NCBI GenBank assembly: GCA_964427405.1
Contig: CAYRUB010000001.1
Location: 80,752 to 144,751, forward strand
Source of the DNA: an uncultured Planctomycetales bacterium
GTDB taxonomy: Bacteria; Omnitrophota; Gorgyraeia; Gygaellales; Profunditerraquicolaceae
Direction of reading: 5' to 3'
DNA: 64,000 bases
Below, piece by piece: positions 58,386 through 64,000 of the stretch. A program made the translations under genes and the position numbers. The first letter of the stretch is position 1; the number at the start of each line of letters is the position of its first letter. The notes below the pieces were generated by a model that was not told where the DNA came from, searched no databases, and saw nothing but the letters and a program-made list of their open reading frames with translations.

Positions 58386-58879
58386 ATATGCCTAAACCCA
58401 GGCTTTATAAACTTCGTTTTAAATAACCTAACCCTTCCTAATAAGCCCATATAATCAATAATAAGCTTTCCCTTAAGATGGTCTATTTCATGCTGTAAAA
58501 CTCTTGATAATAATCCCTCTGCCCTGAATTCAACGATTTTGCCTTTTTCATTCAATCCCCGCACGACAATCTTATCCGCCCTGCCTATTCTCACATTCAA
58601 GCCGGGCAGGCTCAAGCAGCTTTCCTGAAATCGCACAAATCCTCTCTTGTCTAGAATTTCGGGATTTGCCATCTTTATTACTTCCCCTTTGATATCCATA
58701 ACTATTAAACTTTTATCCATTCCGATTTCAGGAGCAGCCAGGCCCATGCCGCCGAAATGCCGGACAGTAAGAAGCATTTCATTAAAAAGCCTTAACTCAT
58801 CATCAGTAATTCTTTCTACTAAGGCACATTTCTTTCTTAAAATATAATTAGGGTACCTACTAATTTCCAAAGGTTTCAT
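58376..58879 (-). CDS. def: Peptide deformylase
   Basis: GLAAPEIG, CLSLPG, HEIDHLKG. Confidence 0.9.
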   Translation of the reverse strand: MKPLEISRYPNYILRKKCALVERITDDELRLFNEMLLTVRHFGGMGLAAPEIGMDKSLIVMDIKGEVIKMANPEILDKRGFVRFQESCLSLPGLNVRIGRADKIVVRGLNEKGKIVEFRAEGLLSRVLQHEIDHLKGKLIIDYMGLLGRVRLFKTKFIKPGFRHICL

Positions 58880-58918
58880 TATTTCTTAAAGTTGCAAATC
58901 AACACAATGTTTCCTATC

Positions 58919-59527
58919 TTAACTCCCGGGTTCTTTTTTAAACCAAATCAAGTAGTTGTGTTCAAAATTCAACAAGTTCTCTTTTTTAAAACCATATTGT
59001 ACGATTACGGCTTCAATCTCTTCAGGTAATAAACGTATATTCATCGGAGGGCCAAAACCAACTTCTTCTTTTTTGAATTCCAAGATTGCCAAACGGCCTG
59101 CCGGTTTTAGAACCCGCGAGATTTCAGCAAACAGTATTTTTGTATCTTGGGATAGATCAAATCCATGAAGCACCTGGGCTATCAAACAAACATCAATAAT
59201 CTTATCTTCAAGGGGCAGCAAAGAAATAATGTCTGATTTTATCGCTCTGATATTGCGCAATCCTTGAGCAATAGCCTTTTCTGACAAAGCATCGATCACC
59301 TCTTTCCATTGATCAAGCGCATATACCGTCCCGGTATTCTCCACAATTTTAGCGGCTTGGATAGCATAATCTCCCGCTCCGCACCCTAAATCAAGAAAGA
59401 TTTCTCCGCTATTTAATTTAAGCTCGTAAAAAACAAGTTTTGAATCCTGCATATCAAAACTGCTTATGCCTTGTTTTTGATGCTCAATACCCCCATGATC
59501 ATGCCTATGCCTGCCCTGTTTATTCAT
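58919..59527 (-). CDS. Class I SAM-dependent methyltransferase
   Basis: Motif I FLDLGCGAGDY, RLAILEF. Confidence 0.6.
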   Translation of the reverse strand: MNKQGRHRHDHGGIEHQKQGISSFDMQDSKLVFYELKLNSGEIFLDLGCGAGDYAIQAAKIVENTGTVYALDQWKEVIDALSEKAIAQGLRNIRAIKSDIISLLPLEDKIIDVCLIAQVLHGFDLSQDTKILFAEISRVLKPAGRLAILEFKKEEVGFGPPMNIRLLPEEIEAVIVQYGFKKENLLNFEHNYLIWFKKEPGS

Positions 59528-59568
59528 GTATATCCTTCGTACTTAAAACTATAGTTCCTATCTTTATT

Positions 59569-60213
59569 TTAATCCCTCTTTTTGCATTTTATACCTGATA
59601 TTATCACAAAACCACCCTTGCCAAAGCCTTTCCTGGTCCTCTCAACTGAATTCATCTTATCCGGAAGATTATATATCGTTTGATAATACGAAATTCTGCC
59701 GAAACCTGTCATTTTAAGCAAATCAGTAACTTCTTTCACGCCAAGAAAATGTGCCTGCTTATAGAACAGGCTCTTTTCCCCTTGATAAAACCTGCCTAAA
59801 AAGCTATCCTTATCAATAATAGCGATAATAACCTTGCCGCTCTTCTTTAAAACCCTTTTAGTTTCTATCAATACCTTGACAGGATCTTTGACAAAACACA
59901 AAGTAATAATAATAGCGATATAATCAAAAGTGGAATTATCAAACGGCAATCTTTCTCCTTGAGTATGGTGTACATCTATACCTCTTTTCTTAGAAATCTT
60001 AAGCATATTTTTAGAAGGATCGACTCCGTACTTTATTCCCAGTTTAGAAGCGAATCTGCCTGTGCCAACGCCAATCTCTAATCCCTCGCCCTTCTTAGGC
60101 ACGACTTTTTTCAATGCTCCAATTTCTGATAAATAAGCAAATTTATGCCTATCGTACCATACGTCATATTTCTTATAATACTTATCGAAAATATTAGTCA
60201 TAAATCCAGTCAC
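59569..60213 (-). CDS. Class I SAM-dependent methyltransferase
   Basis: Motif I LEIGVGTGRFA. Confidence 0.6.
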   Translation of the reverse strand: MTGFMTNIFDKYYKKYDVWYDRHKFAYLSEIGALKKVVPKKGEGLEIGVGTGRFASKLGIKYGVDPSKNMLKISKKRGIDVHHTQGERLPFDNSTFDYIAIIITLCFVKDPVKVLIETKRVLKKSGKVIIAIIDKDSFLGRFYQGEKSLFYKQAHFLGVKEVTDLLKMTGFGRISYYQTIYNLPDKMNSVERTRKGFGKGGFVIISGIKCKKRD

Positions 60214-60215
60214 TA

Positions 60216-61925
60216 CTAATCCAATACCTCTTTAATGTACGGCCCTAAATCCATATCTTTATACGAAGACCCAGCGCGAACAATAGGATAAAGGACCTCT
60301 TCAATATCAGTCATAACTTCAAGGAGACACGGCCCCGTGGTTTTCATAAAAATCTTAAGTCCATTATATAATTCAGCGCGGGAAATTATTCTCTTCGCGA
60401 ATTTATAGTTGCACTGCTTAGCCAATTCCGCAAAATTCACATCCGATTTTCTTTCCGTAGCGGAGTGCCTCTTACCGTAAGCTGAATCTTCCAGATTTCT
60501 CACCATTCCGTCGCTTCGATTATTAAGAAGAAGTATTTTTACCGGCAACCCGAGAGCCCCGATGGTATGCAATTCGCCCATATTCATTCTAAAACTTCCG
60601 TCTCCGTCAACCACGATAACCGTAGCGTTAGGATTAGCGTAATAAGCGCCTATAGCTGCTGGCATACCAAAACCCATCGTACCGAAACTACCTGGGGTAA
60701 GAAATGTCTTAGGCTTCCTCATTCTTAAATATTGAGCGGCCAAAAGCTGGTGATTGCCAACGCCTGTTGTAATTATCGTATCACCGTCAATTAAGCTATT
60801 CAAAAGATCAAGCGCCTCCGCCTGATAAATTGTTTTATCGTCACGGCAATAATTCAATGGCCATGCTTTCTTGAGTTTGACCGCATATTGAAACCAATCA
60901 TCAATAGTGATCTTTATATTCTTTTGCTTGGCGTATTCGGTTAGATCGTTAAGAGCGCAAACCGCATCTCCGACAAATGAAAAATCGGGATTTCGTTCAT
61001 TCCGTATTTGATAAACTTTCTGCGGATTTATATCAATATAGGCGATCTTGGCCTCAATAGCGAATCCGACCTTCTCCGCCACACGATCATCCCACCGCAC
61101 GCCGATTGCAAAGAAAAAATCATTCTTCTGAATGACCTTGTTCGCATAAGGCGTGCCGAACATCCCCAAAAGCCCAAGCGAAGCCGGATCGTTCTCATCA
61201 ACGACTCCTTTAGCCATAAGTGTATTAACGGAAGGGATATTAAAAATAGCGTTAAAACGCCGTATCGCATCGCTTCCACTCTTGGAATTAAGCCCTCCCC
61301 CTAAATATAATAATGGACGCTTGGCTTCAGTGAGAAGACCAAAGAAACACTCGCACTGCTTATCAGATAAATGGCATTCATTATTGTAAACAGTCCTGAA
61401 CTTCTCAAGATTATTACCAATATATTTATTTATACTCTGCTGCAGATTGATCGGAATATCGATAACAACAGGCCCCGGTTTGCCTGACTTCGCCAAGAAG
61501 TAAGCGTCTTTAATAATCGATTCAATATTGTCGATACTATCAACAAGGACGACTTTTTTCGCCGTGGGGCCAAAAACACTGGACACGTCAATATGCTGAA
61601 ACGAATCAGTCCCAATCTTATGTTCTGGCACCTGCCCGGCAACAACGATCAGTGGGATACTGTCGGCGTAAGAATCAGCTACGGCAGTTAAAGTATTCGT
61701 GATAGCAGGCCCCGAAGTAACGATAGCAATCCCGACAGTGTCGCTTGATCTGGAATACCCAGCGGCGGCAAAGGCCGCAGACTGTTCGTTTGAATTGACA
61801 ATGATCTGAATAGGACTTTTGGCCAGTTCATCCATAACCGGAAGTATGGCCGCGCCCGTATAACCAAAAATATGCTTTATCCCAAGATCTTCCAAGCTTT
61901 TGACTAAAATCTTCGCTCCCGTCAT
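60216..61925 (-). CDS. Thiamine-pyrophosphate-dependent enzyme, acetolactate-synthase large-subunit family
   Basis: Three-domain TPP enzyme, GDGSFRMNMGEL...NN TPP motif. Confidence 0.75.
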   Translation of the reverse strand: MTGAKILVKSLEDLGIKHIFGYTGAAILPVMDELAKSPIQIIVNSNEQSAAFAAAGYSRSSDTVGIAIVTSGPAITNTLTAVADSYADSIPLIVVAGQVPEHKIGTDSFQHIDVSSVFGPTAKKVVLVDSIDNIESIIKDAYFLAKSGKPGPVVIDIPINLQQSINKYIGNNLEKFRTVYNNECHLSDKQCECFFGLLTEAKRPLLYLGGGLNSKSGSDAIRRFNAIFNIPSVNTLMAKGVVDENDPASLGLLGMFGTPYANKVIQKNDFFFAIGVRWDDRVAEKVGFAIEAKIAYIDINPQKVYQIRNERNPDFSFVGDAVCALNDLTEYAKQKNIKITIDDWFQYAVKLKKAWPLNYCRDDKTIYQAEALDLLNSLIDGDTIITTGVGNHQLLAAQYLRMRKPKTFLTPGSFGTMGFGMPAAIGAYYANPNATVIVVDGDGSFRMNMGELHTIGALGLPVKILLLNNRSDGMVRNLEDSAYGKRHSATERKSDVNFAELAKQCNYKFAKRIISRAELYNGLKIFMKTTGPCLLEVMTDIEEVLYPIVRAGSSYKDMDLGPYIKEVLD

Positions 61926-62384
61926 TTAAAACTCCTTTTCTAATACACTACTTTCTATCTCCGGATAAACGCTGATTTTACATGTAACAAGGTTCGCTAT
62001 GGCACAATTTTCTCCGGCAAGTTTTATAAGCTCTTTCGTTTTTTCAATCTGCCCACTTGAAACAACAACTATACGAGGCCAGATATTAATTTCAGCAAAC
62101 CTGAACTTATCTTCAACTTTTTCAATAACTCCTTGGGCAGTGCTTGCATAATTCAAGAACTCCAAAGCGTTCTTTTTCGCTAAATCTATAAAGGCGTCCT
62201 TGACAAAACCTTCCACTGAAGCGACAAATAGCTCATTTGGGGTCCACATATCGTCGTGTTTTTTAAACTCCAAAGATTCAGCTATTTCAATAGTTTTATT
62301 ACCAAGCGAACACAGAAACGCGTTCTTTTTCTTATCCCACATTATAACTGTTTCATGAGTAAATCGTTTATTATCTTTCATCAT
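61926..62384 (-). CDS. OsmC/Ohr-like protein (tentative)
   Basis: WTPNELFVASVEGF resembles OsmC core; canonical Cys pair not clearly present. Confidence 0.4.
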   Translation of the reverse strand: MMKDNKRFTHETVIMWDKKKNAFLCSLGNKTIEIAESLEFKKHDDMWTPNELFVASVEGFVKDAFIDLAKKNALEFLNYASTAQGVIEKVEDKFRFAEINIWPRIVVVSSGQIEKTKELIKLAGENCAIANLVTCKISVYPEIESSVLEKEF

Positions 62385-62408
62385 AACCTTCCATCTATTG
62401 CTTTTATG

Positions 62409-62726
62409 TCAAAGATGGGATTTAATGGCGGTTTCAAGTTCCGCCTTAGGCAGCGCGCCGACAAATTTATCCACCACTTTCCCATTCTTAAAAATCGCTA
62501 GTGTCGGTATGCTCATAATTTCATAACTGGCGGCTGTTTTAGGCGCGTCATCCACGCTTAATTTGCAGACCTTTAATTTACCTTTATACTCCTTGGCAAT
62601 TTGCTCAATTACTGGAGCGAGCCTAAGGCAAGGCCCGCACCACACTGCCCAAAAATCTACAAGAACAGGCAAGCTCTCTTCCAGTACTTCTTGCTTAAAA
62701 TTAGCGTCATTTATATTAATCCCCAT
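62409..62726 (-). CDS. trxA: Thioredoxin
   Basis: WAVWCGPC active site. Confidence 0.9.
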   Translation of the reverse strand: MGININDANFKQEVLEESLPVLVDFWAVWCGPCLRLAPVIEQIAKEYKGKLKVCKLSVDDAPKTAASYEIMSIPTLAIFKNGKVVDKFVGALPKAELETAIKSHL

Positions 62727-62770
62727 TCTTTACCCCCTTTTCTTTAAGAAATCTGGTCTTATACAAATAA

Positions 62771-63412
62771 TTAAACTTTCTGCGCCGCTTTATTGTCTTT
62801 TACAAATAATAACGGAAACACTATATCGCTTACACAACAAGGAATCCAAACCGCTAAGAATAAAAATATAAAAATAGCGGCATATGAAAACCAATTCACA
62901 ATTTCTATCTTTGCCATAATCATATGGAACAAAGACGCCCAAGTGCTTAACAACACATGACCGGCATGAGGAAATTTTGTCCTTGGTTTTATATAGGCAA
63001 TGACTATTCCTAAAATAGCCAAAGGATTAACCAACCACCATTTTTCAATAAAACCAAGATGAATTCCTCTATTAGGCATGCCAAGCATAGATTCAGCCAA
63101 ATATGGAATTAGAGAATCGCTTATAGTAGCAATCCCCACAGAGCCAAAGTAACCTATTATGGTAAGCGCCCAAAAATTACACTGCCCTCTTATACAGTTA
63201 CTTCCGATCCGTTGACAAGTATGAAGTTTATACATTGCCGCGGTAACCAGCGCGCTTAAAAATACGTGCAGAGGATGCAGTATATAGAAAATATTGTATG
63301 AAGTCTCATAGGACAATCTCAATGTAAACGCCATAATAACGATTCCGGTAATTGTGCCGAATATCGTAAAAGGCGCGTGTGACTTTAATTCTTTAAAAAT
63401 TTGCCCTGACAT
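62771..63412 (-). CDS. Hypothetical His-rich polytopic membrane protein (possibly membrane-bound metal-dependent hydrolase-like)
   Basis: Five or six predicted TM helices; multiple His (HPLH, HAGH, FH). Confidence 0.35.
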   Translation of the reverse strand: MSGQIFKELKSHAPFTIFGTITGIVIMAFTLRLSYETSYNIFYILHPLHVFLSALVTAAMYKLHTCQRIGSNCIRGQCNFWALTIIGYFGSVGIATISDSLIPYLAESMLGMPNRGIHLGFIEKWWLVNPLAILGIVIAYIKPRTKFPHAGHVLLSTWASLFHMIMAKIEIVNWFSYAAIFIFLFLAVWIPCCVSDIVFPLLFVKDNKAAQKV

Positions 63413-63416
63413 ATAA

Positions 63417-63998
63417 TTAAACCTCTATCTCTTGGCCTGCCTTAATCGAAATAAAATTATCCCCGTAAGATCTCTTAAAGATTTCTTCTGCCATATCTCC
63501 GGAACAATGCGTAGGACCAGCTTTTATTATGTTCATCTTTTTGAAATTCTCTACCACTATCTCTATCGCCCGTTTGTCCGACTCCATCAGATGAAATCCG
63601 CCTGATACAAGGTAAATTGACTCATCCGGAAATTTCGTTTTTGCCTTTTCTACCATCTTCAATATTCCCGGATGGGCGCATCCGGTAATAATCGTCAAAC
63701 CGTTTTTTGTTTTCAATATCAGCGCCTGCTCTGCCATATATTTGCCTTTATATGCCCCGGGTATTTCTCCTGTAGAAAACACATTCTGAATAATTTGCGT
63801 TAGTTTTTCCTTTTCGGCAAGGTCGGCACCCAACGCAAGAGCTTTATCCTTGAACTCACGGCCAAAATGAGGGCATATATATACAGGCATGCCTTTTCTT
63901 TTCTGCAATAAATCCCAGAGGCCTCCCCAATGATCCCAATGGTCGTGAGAAATCACTACTGCTTCAATCTTGTTTATGTCAACGTCCAAAGCGCGCAT
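63417..63998 (-). CDS. MBL-fold metallo-hydrolase (likely N-terminally partial at window edge)
   Basis: ISHDHWDHWGG (HxHxDH) only 36 aa from the annotated Met, so the true start may lie beyond position 64000. Confidence 0.6.
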   Translation of the reverse strand: MRALDVDINKIEAVVISHDHWDHWGGLWDLLQKRKGMPVYICPHFGREFKDKALALGADLAEKEKLTQIIQNVFSTGEIPGAYKGKYMAEQALILKTKNGLTIITGCAHPGILKMVEKAKTKFPDESIYLVSGGFHLMESDKRAIEIVVENFKKMNIIKAGPTHCSGDMAEEIFKRSYGDNFISIKAGQEIEV

Positions 63999-64000
63999 AT

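Noticed and set aside
58880-58918. TPP riboswitch expected upstream of thiC/def
   Set aside because: Only 39 nt of non-coding sequence are available and no THI-box (CUGAGA...ACCUGA) elements were seen; reported as absence in findings.
1-64000. CRISPR arrays, rRNA genes, IS elements with terminal inverted repeats
   Set aside because: No regularly spaced direct repeats, no rRNA-like conserved stretches and no transposase ORFs were seen on reading either strand.

Overview
This 64 kb window is a low-GC bacterial chromosome segment with almost all genes on the minus strand. LptD and a TonB/ExbBD/TonB-dependent receptor locus indicate a diderm organism. Most of the window is housekeeping: lepA-cmk, a tyrA-aroF-hisC-pheA aromatic amino-acid block, scpB-ruvA-ruvC-yebC, RNase P RNA (found by eye, not in the ORF track), rnhA, two tRNAs, rpoD-dnaG, a nucleotide-sugar cluster, lptD, accD, the HrcA/CIRCE-controlled hrcA-grpE-dnaK-dnaJ operon, and hflX-miaA-miaB. 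Accessory and regulatory content includes a four-PAS/degenerate-GGDEF/HD-GYP sensor and two tandem diguanylate cyclases. A ~3.6 kb integrated element sits on the 5' end of miaB; it carries a large serine recombinase, an excisionase-like HTH gene, a replisome-organizer-like gene and a terminator-bounded two-gene cargo of unknown function. An iron locus (fur, small His/Cys membrane protein, TonB-dependent receptor, exbB-exbD-tonB) carries Fur-box-like operators. A porin gene is preceded by two strongly SD-preceded micro-ORFs, one a Cys/Lys-rich 31-aa peptide. A dtxR-feoA-feoA-feoB locus includes an unannotated FeoB-associated Cys-rich mini-protein. A def-thiC(-like)-rrf2-dsrE-tsaA array shows no upstream TPP riboswitch. 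No CRISPR array or rRNA was seen. My coordinates for features not in the ORF track are approximate (about +/-2 nt).
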